DNA of 64,000 nt from a bacterium (GTDB taxonomy: Bacteria > Patescibacteriota > Microgenomatia > Curtissbacterales > GWA2-41-24): assembly GCA_021813945.1 (NCBI GenBank), contig JAKAJD010000002.1, positions 33,343-97,342 on the forward strand, given 5' to 3'. This document shows, piece by piece, positions 35,484-45,789 of this stretch; within the stretch, counting starts at the first letter, position 1; every line of letters starts with the position of its first letter. A model generated the notes under the pieces. That model did no database searches. It was not told where the DNA came from and saw nothing but the letters and a program-made list of their open reading frames with translations. The translations under genes were made by a program, and so were the position numbers.

Positions 35484-36788
35484 TTGAAAAAAGAACAGAA
35501 AAAAGTGATCAGGTTTTTTCCTAAATTTGCCGCAATTTTAATATTGAGCTTAGCACTTTCTGCGTGTTCTATTATCCCCCTGAAAAAAAGCAGTGGACCG
35601 GTAACTATAAAACTTTGGGGTTTATGGGAGTCAGCAACGACCATGAATCAGGTAATAAACGATTACAAAAAATCTCACCCCGACGTTAACGTTGTTTATG
35701 AGAAAAAGAGCGTTCAACAATATCGTGAGTCGCTTCAAACTCAAGTTCAGGCCGGAAAAGGGCCGGATATATTTATGTTTCACAATACCTGGACGCCAAT
35801 GCTTAAAAATGAACTTACAGCTGTACCTTCAAGCGTAGTTTCACCTTCTGATTTTAAAGCCAATTATTTCCCGACAATTGCCTCGGACATGCGCAATTCT
35901 ACCGGAAGTTATGTTGGAGTGCCTGCCGGCATTGACGGTTTGGGTTTGTATTGGAATCAGGATATTTTTAACGCTGCGGGCATTGTAGCCCCTCCAACTA
36001 CCTGGCAAGATTTAGCCCAGGTCGCTGCCAAATTAACAGTCAGAGACACATCAGGAAACATCCGAACTGCAGGTATTGCCCTAGGTACTGCATCTAACGT
36101 GGATCAATTCTCCGACATTTTGGGCATGATGATTATGCAAAATGGGGGAGATCTTAAAAAGCCTACAAGTCAACTAACAGCTGATGCTCTAGACTATTAC
36201 ACCCATTTTGCCAAAGGTCAAAACCGTGTTTGGGACGAAACTTTACCTTCTTCAACAATTGCTTTTGCCGGCGGCAATTTGGCAATGTATCTTGGCCCAA
36301 GCTGGCGTGCTGCCGAAATCAAACAAGCAAACCCACTTTTGAATTTCAAAGTTGCGCCAGTGCCGCAACTTCAAGGTGGTAAGCTCGCTTGGGCTAGCTA
36401 CTGGGCCTATGGAGTATCAGCCAAAAGCCCTAACCAAAAAGCGGCTTGGGATTTTGTTAAATACCTTCAAGATGACCAAACTCTCATAAAAATCTATAGC
36501 GAAGATGCCAAAACTCCCGGCATGTTGTTTGGAGAACCATATCCTAAAGTAGCTCTAGCCCAAAAGCTGGGCGCAGACCCGATAGTAGGTGCCTTCGTTT
36601 CAGATGCACCGTACATGCGGTCCTTTCCTATGGCATCAAGAACATATGATAATGGCCTAAACGACCAAATCATAAAAGCCTACGAAGATGCGGTCAATAA
36701 AGTGTTAGCAGGCTCAGCTCCTTCATCAGCCCTAACAACAACCGCCACCAACGTCCAAAACGTCCTCAATCGCTTCGGCGCGCAGTAA
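35484..36788 (+). CDS. ABC transporter extracellular solute-binding lipoprotein (family 1, sugar-type); no cognate permease/ATPase in the window
   Basis: Lipobox LALSACS, and SBP_bac_1-like length and pattern. Confidence 0.7.
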   Translation: MKKEQKKVIRFFPKFAAILILSLALSACSIIPLKKSSGPVTIKLWGLWESATTMNQVINDYKKSHPDVNVVYEKKSVQQYRESLQTQVQAGKGPDIFMFHNTWTPMLKNELTAVPSSVVSPSDFKANYFPTIASDMRNSTGSYVGVPAGIDGLGLYWNQDIFNAAGIVAPPTTWQDLAQVAAKLTVRDTSGNIRTAGIALGTASNVDQFSDILGMMIMQNGGDLKKPTSQLTADALDYYTHFAKGQNRVWDETLPSSTIAFAGGNLAMYLGPSWRAAEIKQANPLLNFKVAPVPQLQGGKLAWASYWAYGVSAKSPNQKAAWDFVKYLQDDQTLIKIYSEDAKTPGMLFGEPYPKVALAQKLGADPIVGAFVSDAPYMRSFPMASRTYDNGLNDQIIKAYEDAVNKVLAGSAPSSALTTTATNVQNVLNRFGAQ

Positions 36789-36835
36789 AATCTTAAAACT
36801 TGCCATAAATAACCACTCACTGTTATATTTGCCGC

Positions 36836-37732
36836 GTGAATAATTCCGCCTCAGTAATTGCCGCCTTAATCTATCATGGCTTATTTGATTATCCCTTAAC
36901 TGCTGAAGAAATTCACAAATTCCAGACAAAAAAAACAACTCTAGTTCAAACTCGAAAAGAGCTCGAAAAATTAATTAAAGACAGAAAAATATTAAGAAAA
37001 GGTGAGTTCTACTTTTTAGGTAAAAATAAAAAACTTGCCACTATTCGCAAAAACCGCCAAAAGATATCAGCAAAAAAATTAAAACGTGCAAAATTTTATG
37101 CAAATATTCTTAAGTCAATTCCTACAATAAAATTGGTTGCTATATCAGGTGCGTTGGCGATGGAAAACAGCACCATGTCAGATGATATAGATTTTTTGAT
37201 AATTGCGGCTAAAAACTCGCTTTGGACAACTCGATTTCTGTCAAACATAATGCTTCTACCCTTCAAACGTGATTCCAAAAGCCAAAAGCAAAAAGACAAA
37301 GCCTGTTTGAATCTCTTCGTAGACGAATTGGGCCTTAAAATAAAAGAGCAAAATCTTTACAAAGCGCACGAAATTTGTCAGGTGAAAGTACTATGGGATA
37401 GAAATGGCACTTATCAAAAATTTTTGAATGCTAACAGATGGATCAAAAAATTTCTGCCAAATTGGACACCGGAATACAAATCAAAGCTCTCAAAGAGGGG
37501 AGTCACTAAGTGGTCTCCGATTCCTGGAAACTGGAGTCTTCTCGAAATTCTTCTTAAGAATTTTCAACTTAGCTACATGAAATCAAAAATAACAACCGAA
37601 AAAATAGGGGAGCATCAGCTCTTTTTCCATCCAGGCCACACGCAATCTAAAGTCTTAAAGGATTATCGAAATTTGACAAATAAGCTCTTCAGATCTACAA
37701 TCACCCCTCATGGATCCAGAAAAAAGGCCTAG
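36836..37732 (+). CDS. Pol-beta-superfamily nucleotidyltransferase-fold protein (hypothetical)
   Basis: ISGALAMENSTMSDDIDFLII fits the hG[GS]x9-13DhD pattern. Confidence 0.4.
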   Translation: MNNSASVIAALIYHGLFDYPLTAEEIHKFQTKKTTLVQTRKELEKLIKDRKILRKGEFYFLGKNKKLATIRKNRQKISAKKLKRAKFYANILKSIPTIKLVAISGALAMENSTMSDDIDFLIIAAKNSLWTTRFLSNIMLLPFKRDSKSQKQKDKACLNLFVDELGLKIKEQNLYKAHEICQVKVLWDRNGTYQKFLNANRWIKKFLPNWTPEYKSKLSKRGVTKWSPIPGNWSLLEILLKNFQLSYMKSKITTEKIGEHQLFFHPGHTQSKVLKDYRNLTNKLFRSTITPHGSRKKA

Positions 37733-37790
37733 TTTTTTGGCCAGAGCCAAAACTGCTGGTGAACGCCTCTTAAAAGAAGAGTTCGGCGGT

Positions 37791-37991
37791 ATGCTGATTT
37801 TAGTCAGAAAATCTCAACAGGGAATATGGATTCAGAGTGATAAAGGTGATGTTTGGGTTAGAGTGCTTAGTGTTGAAAGAGACAGAGTCAAACTTGGTAT
37901 TACCGCTCCCAGGGATGTTAAGGTTATGCGCCAAGAGCTACTTACAGGAGATGCTCCTCCACAAGCACATCCTAAAAAGCCTCGTTCTTGA
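37791..37991 (+). CDS. csrA: Carbon storage regulator CsrA
   Basis: MLILVRKSQQGIWIQ...VRVLSVERDRVKLGITAPRDVKVMRQEL aligns to the CsrA consensus. Start taken at an internal Met of table ORF 37710. Confidence 0.75.
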   Translation: MLILVRKSQQGIWIQSDKGDVWVRVLSVERDRVKLGITAPRDVKVMRQELLTGDAPPQAHPKKPRS

Positions 37992-38049
37992 CAAAAACGA
38001 ACCTAATTTGAGATAATTCTAGCGGGCACCCCAAGCGGGTGTATTTTTT

Positions 38050-39669
38050 TTGAATACAAAGTTCATCTTCGTTTCAGGCGGTGTCATTTCCGGAATCGGA
38101 AAAGGCATAGCCACCTCTTCAATTGCCCTTATTTTAAAATCTCGAGGCTTTAGGGTGACTGCCATGAAAGCCGATCCATACTTAAACGTTGATGCCGGAA
38201 CTCTAAATCCAATAGAGCACGGCGAAGTATTTGTTTTGGACGACGGCATGGAGTGCGACCAGGATCTTGGTAATTACGAACGCTTTTTAGAACAAAACCT
38301 CAATTCCACCAACTACATGACAACCGGCCAAGTTTTCAAATCCATAATAGATAGGGAAAGGTCCCTAGGCTACGAAGGCAAAACTGTCGAATTTTTCCAA
38401 GACCCGCCAAGAGAAATAATAAGCCGCATCTTAAAGTGCGCCAAAACCAACAAAGCCGAAATCGTCGTGTTTGAAGTTGGCGGAACAGTAGGGGAATACC
38501 AAAACCTTCTATTTTTGGAAGCCAACCGTCTTTTAAAACTCGAACACCCCCGCGACGTATTACACGTCCATGTTACTTATCTTCCAATCCCATCATCGGT
38601 TGGAGAGATGAAATCTAAACCAGCCCAAATGTCTATTCAACAGCTGGCTTCCTCCGGTATTGTCGCCGATTTTGTTCTGGCTCGCTCTCAGTTTGCTGTA
38701 GACGAAAAACGACGCGAGAAAATAGCCATCGCCTGCGGTTTGCAAAAAGAAGATATTCTTTCTGCGCCCGACGTTGAAAATATCTATCAAGTGCCTCTAA
38801 ATTTCGAAAATCAGGGCCTTTCCGAAAAAATCCTCAAAAAATTAAATACAAAACCGCGAAAATCAAACCTTGCAGACTGGAAAGTCATGGTCAATTCGGC
38901 TTTAACTGCCAAAAAACATGCCAAAATCGCTATGGTTGGCAAATACTTTTCGACCGGTGATTACACTTTATCTGATGCATATTTATCAGTCATAGAATCA
39001 ATAAAACACGCCGCCGCCTGCTTTGACATCAAACCGAAAATGTCTTGGATCGATTCCGCCCAAATCGAAAAGGAAGGAACAGACATGCTCAAAGGCTTTG
39101 ACGCCATTATTGTCCCAGGCGGTTATGGTACTCGTGCGGTCGAGGGCATCGTCCAATCCATAAAATATGCCCGCGAAAACAAAGTGCCTTATTTTGGCCT
39201 CTGCTACGGTATGCAACAGGCGGCAGTAGAATTTGCCCGAAACGTCCTTGGTTATAAAGATGCCAACACCACCGAAATTAATCCCAAAACTAAGCACCCA
39301 ATAATTCATGTTATGGATTCTCAAAAGGATTTGGTCAAATACCACAAACTTGGTGGTACCCAGCGCCTTGGCTCTTGGGAATGGAAAGCCAAACCTGGCA
39401 CGATTTTTGCCAAAGCCTACAAATCGCAAACCGGCGCCGATCGCCACCGCCACCGATACGAATTTAACAATATATATAGGGAAGAATTTGAAAAGCACGG
39501 CATGGTAATTTCAGCCACCACCAAAGACGGTTATTTGGTCGAGGCACTAGAGCTAAAAGACCATCCGTTTTTCATTGGTACCCAGTTCCATCCCGAACTT
39601 AAATCACGCCCTCTGCACCCGCACCCTCTCTACATGGCCTTCATGGAAGCGGTCGCGAAGCAAAAGTAG
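38050..39669 (+). CDS. pyrG: CTP synthase
   Basis: FIFVSGGVISGIGKGIATSS, glutamine amidotransferase C-terminus (GLCYGMQ). TTG start. Confidence 0.95.
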   Translation: MNTKFIFVSGGVISGIGKGIATSSIALILKSRGFRVTAMKADPYLNVDAGTLNPIEHGEVFVLDDGMECDQDLGNYERFLEQNLNSTNYMTTGQVFKSIIDRERSLGYEGKTVEFFQDPPREIISRILKCAKTNKAEIVVFEVGGTVGEYQNLLFLEANRLLKLEHPRDVLHVHVTYLPIPSSVGEMKSKPAQMSIQQLASSGIVADFVLARSQFAVDEKRREKIAIACGLQKEDILSAPDVENIYQVPLNFENQGLSEKILKKLNTKPRKSNLADWKVMVNSALTAKKHAKIAMVGKYFSTGDYTLSDAYLSVIESIKHAAACFDIKPKMSWIDSAQIEKEGTDMLKGFDAIIVPGGYGTRAVEGIVQSIKYARENKVPYFGLCYGMQQAAVEFARNVLGYKDANTTEINPKTKHPIIHVMDSQKDLVKYHKLGGTQRLGSWEWKAKPGTIFAKAYKSQTGADRHRHRYEFNNIYREEFEKHGMVISATTKDGYLVEALELKDHPFFIGTQFHPELKSRPLHPHPLYMAFMEAVAKQK

Positions 39670-39684
39670 AGTATAATAGCTTCA

Positions 39685-39951
39685 ATGAAGGTCGAATTAG
39701 CTATACCTAATCCGGACTTTGATGCGGCTTGGCAGTGGATTGAATCTAACGGCGAGCTTATACGTGCAACTTATCCCGGCGAACATATTCAAGTCGCTAA
39801 TGACCCCACGAATCCTGTTAAGGGTCACGGAAAAACTCTGGAAGAATCATTAAGAATGATAGATAAAGACATGCTACGTAGTACACCACTTATTAGCTAC
39901 CGGGTTCCTGGACCATCCGATGGAACTATTTATGTGTGCGATCATCCATAA
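39685..39951 (+). CDS. Hypothetical small protein
   Basis: ORF only. Confidence 0.3.
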   Translation: MKVELAIPNPDFDAAWQWIESNGELIRATYPGEHIQVANDPTNPVKGHGKTLEESLRMIDKDMLRSTPLISYRVPGPSDGTIYVCDHP

Positions 39952-39965
39952 AAACGCGCAACCCC

Positions 39966-40021
39966 TTGACAAATAAAAAACAATTGCTAAAATATTAGCA
40001 GTCACGAACATCAAGTGCTCG
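39966..40021 (+). promoter_or_regulatory. groESL promoter (TTGACA-N16-TAAAAT at 39966..39993) followed by a degenerate CIRCE-like inverted repeat TTAGCAGTC-N9-AAGTGCTCG (39995..40021)
   Basis: Read from the sequence. The left half matches the CIRCE consensus TTAGCACTC-N9-GAGTGCTAA at 8 of 9 positions and the right half at 6 of 9. Confidence 0.4.
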
Positions 40022-40062
40022 TGATTTTTTCTCTAAAAACTGTCCAAAATAAGAATCGATCA

Positions 40063-40347
40063 ATGATTAAACCTTTAGCCGGATACGTCTTAATAGAACC
40101 TGCTCCCAAAGAAACTAAAACGGCCAGTGGAATTGTCCTACCGGAATCGGCAGAAGAAAAACCCCAAGAGGGAAAAGTTATCGCCTGTGGAGATGACCTC
40201 CTCGAAGAAGGCAAAACTGTAAAATGCCCTGTTAAAGTAGGGGACAAAGTCATCTACAAAAAATGGGGCGGAAACGAACTCAAATCCGAAGGTAAAGACC
40301 TAATGCTCATTAAATTCGACGATTTAATGGCAATTGTAGCAAAATAA
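40063..40347 (+). CDS. groES: Co-chaperonin GroES
   Basis: [13 protein letters not shown]...KVIYKKWGG. Start taken at an internal Met of the table ORF. Confidence 0.9.
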   Translation: MIKPLAGYVLIEPAPKETKTASGIVLPESAEEKPQEGKVIACGDDLLEEGKTVKCPVKVGDKVIYKKWGGNELKSEGKDLMLIKFDDLMAIVAK

Positions 40348-40348
40348 C

Positions 40349-41971
40349 ATGGCTAAACAACTTTTATACGCAGAAGAAGCAAGAACAAAACTAAAAGCAG
40401 GTGTCGACAAGCTCGCAGCCGCAGTCGCAACCACCCTTGGTCCAAAAGGCAGAAATGTAGCTTTAGATAAAAAATGGGGCGCTCCCAATGTTATCCACGA
40501 CGGAGTAACAGTCGCCAAAGAAATTGAACTCGAAGACCCATTCGAAAACATGGGCGCATCTCTTGTTAAAGAAGCAGCTTCGAAAACCAACGATTCGGCA
40601 GGCGACGGAACCACAACGGCAACAGTTCTAGCTCAAGCCATAATCGAAGAAGGCTTAAAAAACGTAACTGCTGGCGCCAACCCAATGATTCTTAAACATG
40701 GTGTTGAAAAAGCAACCGACGCAGTTGTAGCGGAACTTAAAAAGATGGCCAAAAAGGTCGCAGGAGCTGAAGAAATTGAAAAAATAGCCACCATTTCGGC
40801 TGCTGATTCCACAATCGGCAAAATGATAGCCGATGCTTTAGACAAGGTCGGTTCCGACGGTGTAGTCACGGTAGAAGAATCCAAAGGCTTGGAAACATAC
40901 GTTGACACCAAAGAAGGTATGGAATTTGACCGCGGATTTGTCTCTCCATACTTTGTCACCGACACCGACAAAATGAAGGCTATTGTCGACGATGCCCATA
41001 TTCTCATAACCGATCAAAAAATTGCCTCTTTAAACGATCTTCTCCAATTTTTAGAAAACTTTGTCAAGGTTAGCAAAAACCTAGTTATTATTGCCGATGA
41101 GGTGGAAGGCGAAGCACTAGCCACATTGGTCATCAACAGAATCAAAAGCACTTTTAACGTTCTGGCTGTCAAAGCTCCAGGCTTTGGTGACCGCCGAAAA
41201 GAAATGCTTGAAGACATTGCCACTCTCACAGGAGGAAATGTTATTTCTGAGGATATGGGCAGAAAGCTGGAATCTGTCACAATTGAAGATCTGGGTCGCG
41301 CCGACCAGGTTATCTCCGACAAAGAAAACACAATAATTGTCGGCGGCAAAGGAACCAAAAGCGCAATCGATGGCCGCATTAAGCAAATCAAAAACGAAAT
41401 TGAGCAAACAGACTCCGATTTTGATCGCGAAAAGCTTCAGGAACGTTTGGCTAAACTTTCCGGCGGAGTAGCTGTCATCAACGTCGGTGCTGCCACAGAA
41501 ATCGAACTCAAGGAGAAGAAAGAAAGAGTAGACGACGCGGTTCATGCAACCAAAGCTGCCGTTGAAGAAGGCTATGTTGTGGGCGGTGGAGTCGCCTTGG
41601 TTCGCGCTGCCAAATCTCTTGAAAAACTCGCAAACACCACAGAAGGCGACGAAAGAATCGGAGTCGAAATAGTCAGAGACGCACTCAATAAACCCCTGGC
41701 AATGCTTGCCAAAAACGCAGGAATCGACAGCGGCTGGGCAGTCAAAGAGGTAGAAAAAGCAACCGGAAATGTTGGCTTAAACGCCCTAAACGGTAAATTC
41801 GAGGATTTAGTAGCAGCCGGTGTTATTGACCCTGTAAAAGTCACCAGATCTGCACTTCAAAATGCAGCTTCAGTTGCTATGATGGTTTTAACCACAGAAG
41901 CCCTTGTTACCGACCTTCCCGAAAAAGAAAAAGGCCCAATAATGCCGCCGGGCGGAATGGGCGACTATTAA
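40349..41971 (+). CDS. groEL: Chaperonin GroEL
   Basis: [11 protein letters not shown]...[11 protein letters not shown]...C-terminal GGM. Confidence 0.95.
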   Translation: MAKQLLYAEEARTKLKAGVDKLAAAVATTLGPKGRNVALDKKWGAPNVIHDGVTVAKEIELEDPFENMGASLVKEAASKTNDSAGDGTTTATVLAQAIIEEGLKNVTAGANPMILKHGVEKATDAVVAELKKMAKKVAGAEEIEKIATISAADSTIGKMIADALDKVGSDGVVTVEESKGLETYVDTKEGMEFDRGFVSPYFVTDTDKMKAIVDDAHILITDQKIASLNDLLQFLENFVKVSKNLVIIADEVEGEALATLVINRIKSTFNVLAVKAPGFGDRRKEMLEDIATLTGGNVISEDMGRKLESVTIEDLGRADQVISDKENTIIVGGKGTKSAIDGRIKQIKNEIEQTDSDFDREKLQERLAKLSGGVAVINVGAATEIELKEKKERVDDAVHATKAAVEEGYVVGGGVALVRAAKSLEKLANTTEGDERIGVEIVRDALNKPLAMLAKNAGIDSGWAVKEVEKATGNVGLNALNGKFEDLVAAGVIDPVKVTRSALQNAASVAMMVLTTEALVTDLPEKEKGPIMPPGGMGDY

Positions 41972-41980
41972 GGCCAAACT

Positions 41981-42691
41981 TCACTTCAAAACAATCTTGA
42001 TCATCGCATTTCCCACGTTGGCCGCAAAATCAGTCATATCGGTTTTTGCCTGAATTCTGTAGGTTTTTGGTCCGTAATTAAAAGGAATTTTTCCTGAAGT
42101 CCTAAATTCTCCTGTTCCTGAGGATGAAGATATTTCGCTTTCATAAAACGGATTATTGTCGTTAACGTTGATTATTCTAGCCCAGGCTTTGCCATTCCCA
42201 TTATCTACCCAAATTGAGGCTTGAAACACCATATAATCTATTGGCGGATACTGCGTGGTGTCTATTATAACTTGCGCTCCGCTTAAATCGGCATAGGTTC
42301 CACTTTTTGTTGAACCAGAGCCAATCGGAATATAAATCTCTTTTTGAGGTGTTTGGATAATGGTCTGGGTTTCTTTCTGTACTACAGTTTGTACCGGCTG
42401 GGATTGACTTTGGTTTTGAGGCTGGGTTTGTGCCTGTGGCGCAGGAGTCGACTGTACTTGGCTTGATGGTGATGGGGTCTGCGATACCAGTGGTATAGAA
42501 GCCGGTGAACTAAAACCAAGAGATCCGGGCGGACTTGCTGCTACGGTTCCTTTATCAGTCGCAGTTTGAAAAGTCTCATTAGGGTTTTTTTTAAAAATCC
42601 ACCAGTTCAAAAGAACCAAATCGAAAAGTGCCACAACCAAAATTGCCAAACCAATTTTAGAAAGGATTTTGGATGCCAGAGATTGTTCCAT
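41981..42691 (-). CDS. Membrane-anchored secreted protein with a Ser/Pro/Gln-rich linker, hypothetical
   Basis: N-terminal TM, low-complexity linker, C-terminal beta-rich domain. Confidence 0.45.
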   Translation of the reverse strand: MEQSLASKILSKIGLAILVVALFDLVLLNWWIFKKNPNETFQTATDKGTVAASPPGSLGFSSPASIPLVSQTPSPSSQVQSTPAPQAQTQPQNQSQSQPVQTVVQKETQTIIQTPQKEIYIPIGSGSTKSGTYADLSGAQVIIDTTQYPPIDYMVFQASIWVDNGNGKAWARIINVNDNNPFYESEISSSSGTGEFRTSGKIPFNYGPKTYRIQAKTDMTDFAANVGNAMIKIVLK

Positions 42692-42726
42692 AGGCAGTAA
42701 CCCTATTTTAGTAGCAAAAAGGGTTC

Positions 42727-43377
42727 TTGTCTAAAGATATTTCAAAAAGTCATTATGATAAACTTAAAGTTGGCATGGAGCACAAGCCGCCTCCAAAAGG
42801 CAAAAAGAAGAAACTCCAAAAATTACTGGGAAGCGGAGAAGAAGTTGTCTACGTTACATCAATTGGCCCCAGGTATTTTTGGGTGAACATGATAATACTT
42901 CTTTTTATTCCATTAATTCTAACTTACGTCGCCATTTTCATGTTCTTTGGCGTATTTTCAATCCCAAATTACGAGTGGATTAAATACCTGGGCGTTATTC
43001 CTCTTTTGATTCTCATCTACAACACACCGAAATATTCACATCTTATTCGCATGAAACAATCATTCACATATGCTCTCACAAATAGAAGGTTTATGATAAT
43101 CCGCGGAATTTTCTCCAGAAAAATAGTAACTGCTCCCTTAACTGCTATCACCCACGTCACTATTGAACAGTCATTTATTCAAAGGTTTATTTATAATACT
43201 GGCCATTTGGTCATTATCACCGCTGGGTTTGATCAAAGGGAAATAGTTATCGAAAATATTGGAAATCCAGTCGAATTTAAAATAATGATCGAGGAATTAA
43301 CCAGAAAAATAGAAGATTCCTGGGAAGGTGAGGACGAGAAAAAAGAAACGTTTAAGTTGCGTTCGCTCTCTGCTTAA
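42727..43377 (+). CDS. Membrane protein with a bacterial PH (bPH_2/DUF304-like) domain
   Basis: Two TM helices followed by FTYALTNRRFMIIRGIFSRKIVTAPLTAITHVTIEQS. TTG start at 42727, or ATG at 42775. Confidence 0.5.
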   Translation: MSKDISKSHYDKLKVGMEHKPPPKGKKKKLQKLLGSGEEVVYVTSIGPRYFWVNMIILLFIPLILTYVAIFMFFGVFSIPNYEWIKYLGVIPLLILIYNTPKYSHLIRMKQSFTYALTNRRFMIIRGIFSRKIVTAPLTAITHVTIEQSFIQRFIYNTGHLVIITAGFDQREIVIENIGNPVEFKIMIEELTRKIEDSWEGEDEKKETFKLRSLSA

Positions 43378-44135
43378 TTATCCGGTAGCACAGAGGAAGG
43401 GTTTATCATAACTCCATTATCAAAAACTTCTATATGAACGTGCGGCCCGGTTGTGTGGCCGGTTAGTCCAATATTCCCAATTTTTGTAGTTTCGGAAATC
43501 ACGTTTCCTACCCCTACGTCAATTTGGCTCATATGTGCATAAAGGGTCTTCAAGCCGTCGCCGTGGTCTATAACCACAGTATCACCATGCCCATCCGTCA
43601 TATACCCTGCAAACTCCACTTTGCCACCGCCTAATGGGTATATAGGTGTACCGTAAGAGGCTGCAATGTCATCAGCATGGTGATAAGAACTAAATCCCTG
43701 GGTTATGATTCCATCTGAAACCGGCATTCTAAAATCAAAAGGAGATCTTTTTGAGCTAACACTTGCTTGAAGTAGGGTTTCCTCAGGATTTTGGGATTCA
43801 CTATTTTTTGCAACTAAAATTTGTTGACCGTTAACTTTGATTTCAGGCTCTTTTGCCTTAAAATATGAAGCACCCATATTCGTCAAAAACAGCAACACGA
43901 TAAGGATCAAAGTAAACTTTGAAAAGAGTCTAATTCTAGGTCTTATGGCAATTTGCCTTTGAACACCCTTAAATCCACGTTTTATAGCTTGAAAAGCTTC
44001 CATCTTCGCGTATTTACGAACTATTCGGCTGTATTTGTTTTTGAAAACGACAAACTTAAAGGAGCGCCTTATGGCTCTTTTGCCAAGTACCACTTGTCTT
44101 TTTATAGACTTTTTAAGTTGTTTTTTTAACTTCAT
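43374..44135 (-). CDS. Peptidase M23 family protein (second copy), membrane-anchored
   Basis: HHADDIAASYGTPIY...HGDTVVIDHGDG...GPHVHIEV. Confidence 0.8.
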   Translation of the reverse strand: MKLKKQLKKSIKRQVVLGKRAIRRSFKFVVFKNKYSRIVRKYAKMEAFQAIKRGFKGVQRQIAIRPRIRLFSKFTLILIVLLFLTNMGASYFKAKEPEIKVNGQQILVAKNSESQNPEETLLQASVSSKRSPFDFRMPVSDGIITQGFSSYHHADDIAASYGTPIYPLGGGKVEFAGYMTDGHGDTVVIDHGDGLKTLYAHMSQIDVGVGNVISETTKIGNIGLTGHTTGPHVHIEVFDNGVMINPSSVLPDN

Positions 44136-44355
44136 TTATTCAAATTCCTCAAAAAAATCCCACAAAAACCTAATTCAAAAAGCAGGGGATTAATATGGAC
44201 TATTCAGCCCATAGTGAGGAATTTATTAGGCCAAAGTATACCATAATTCAAAGGTAAAGTCAAATAGTCACCAACAGCTAATAAGTCCTATAGTAAGAGC
44301 AGGGAATACTCTAAATTATTGCTTATTTCTAATCTAAAATGTTAACTTAAATCCA

Positions 44356-45186
44356 ATGCCTCGTGACAAAATTAGCCAGTCAAATGGAAAAATACTTAAG
44401 GCCTTGTCAGTCATATTAGTTTATTTCTTAGCCGGGTTTATTCTTTCCGGGTGCAACCTCACAGCTTTTTCCAAACCTGCAGCTCTCCAGATAACATCGG
44501 TTCCAGATTCATCCGTGTTTATGGATGGCAAGCTGCTTGGCAAAACCCCTTTCTATTCTGATCAGCTTTCACCGGGTGATCACACAGTTAAACTTTCAGC
44601 TTCGCTATCAAGCTATAGTGCCAGAATAAGCTTAACTTCAGGTACACTAACGGTCGTAAATCGCGAACTGGCTGACAATTTTTTAGCTCAATCCGGCGAA
44701 AATCTTTGGCTAGACCCTGGTTTATCAGGAACGTTCTTAGTCTCACGCCCAGAAGGGACGGAAATTACAATAGATGGCAAATTCTATGGCAATGCCACAA
44801 AACTCATTCAGAACTTGGAAGATGGTGACCACCAAGTACAACTTACAAAAGCCGGTTATGTAACTCGTCAGTTTCAAATTAAAACTTCCTCGAAGTACAG
44901 GCTCAATGCCGATATCACCTTAGCTTCTGAAATTGCCAGGGGCCAAGTAGCAGTTGCTGAACCAAGTCCCCAGGTTCAAGTCAAAAAAGTCGAAGTTCTT
45001 AAAACACCGCAAGGGTTTTTGAGAGTCAGAAAAGATGCTTCCCTAACAAGTGATGAAATTGGCAGAGTCTCGACTGGAGACCAGTTAGAAGTTATTCAGG
45101 AAACAGACGACTGGGTAAAAGTTCTTTTCGGCGACAACAAACAAGGTTGGATTTCCAAAACTTACACCAAAGATATTGCTCAATAA
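44356..45186 (+). CDS. Lipoprotein with PEGA domains and a C-terminal SH3b domain
   Basis: Lipobox LSGCN. PEGA-like segments PDSSVFMDGKLLGKTP and PEGTEITIDGKFYG. SH3b segment GFLRVRKDASLTSDEIGRVSTGDQLEV...WVKV. Confidence 0.7.
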   Translation: MPRDKISQSNGKILKALSVILVYFLAGFILSGCNLTAFSKPAALQITSVPDSSVFMDGKLLGKTPFYSDQLSPGDHTVKLSASLSSYSARISLTSGTLTVVNRELADNFLAQSGENLWLDPGLSGTFLVSRPEGTEITIDGKFYGNATKLIQNLEDGDHQVQLTKAGYVTRQFQIKTSSKYRLNADITLASEIARGQVAVAEPSPQVQVKKVEVLKTPQGFLRVRKDASLTSDEIGRVSTGDQLEVIQETDDWVKVLFGDNKQGWISKTYTKDIAQ

Positions 45187-45249
45187 TTGAGCTTACTATT
45201 CATACCTCTTAACCTTGATTCTTACTAGCTGATACTCGATACTTAAATT

Positions 45250-45789
45250 ATGGTTGCCAAAAGCCTTATCAAATTAATAGATGAAGCGATTTTTCCCGCT
45301 TTAACCCTGGTTGTTGCCAAAATGCTGGGACTTCTTTTGAGTGCTTATTTTCTTTCCCTACCCTTTGAAATCAAAACTAGAGCGTTTTTGGGCCTTATGC
45401 CCGCTCTAAACTTTTTAAGTATTTCAGACTATATTAAAGCTGAAAATTACTCTAACCTTGCCATGTTTCTAGCAGCTGCAATAGGAGCAGCTTTTATTTT
45501 GGCAAGAGCTTATTTTTTCCATGAAAGCCATATTCACCCTAATCTCCAAGCAAAACTAGCTAGTTTTAATTTGGAAAGCATTATTGCCCCAAGCTACCAT
45601 TTGTATCATCAGGCTTTAATTTGGTTAATTTTTGTTTGGATGACCGTCGGCTTCCTGGTCGTGTCAACATTTCTTAAAATTACATATCCTCAAATATCGA
45701 TAATTGCCTTTATTCTAGCTGCTAATCTTTCTTGGATTTTTGCAATCGATGTTGAAAAAGAAATAGAAATAACAAGATCTATCGAATGA
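45250..45789 (+). CDS. Hypothetical polytopic membrane protein
   Basis: ORF with hydrophobic segments. Confidence 0.4.
   Translation: MVAKSLIKLIDEAIFPALTLVVAKMLGLLLSAYFLSLPFEIKTRAFLGLMPALNFLSISDYIKAENYSNLAMFLAAAIGAAFILARAYFFHESHIHPNLQAKLASFNLESIIAPSYHLYHQALIWLIFVWMTVGFLVVSTFLKITYPQISIIAFILAANLSWIFAIDVEKEIEITRSIE

Noticed and set aside
36836-37732. NTase-fold protein as a CBASS cyclase or MNT toxin-antitoxin component
   Set aside because: Only the generic GS...DxD pol-beta motif is visible. The size and neighbours (no effector, no HEPN partner) do not fit known defence-system architectures.
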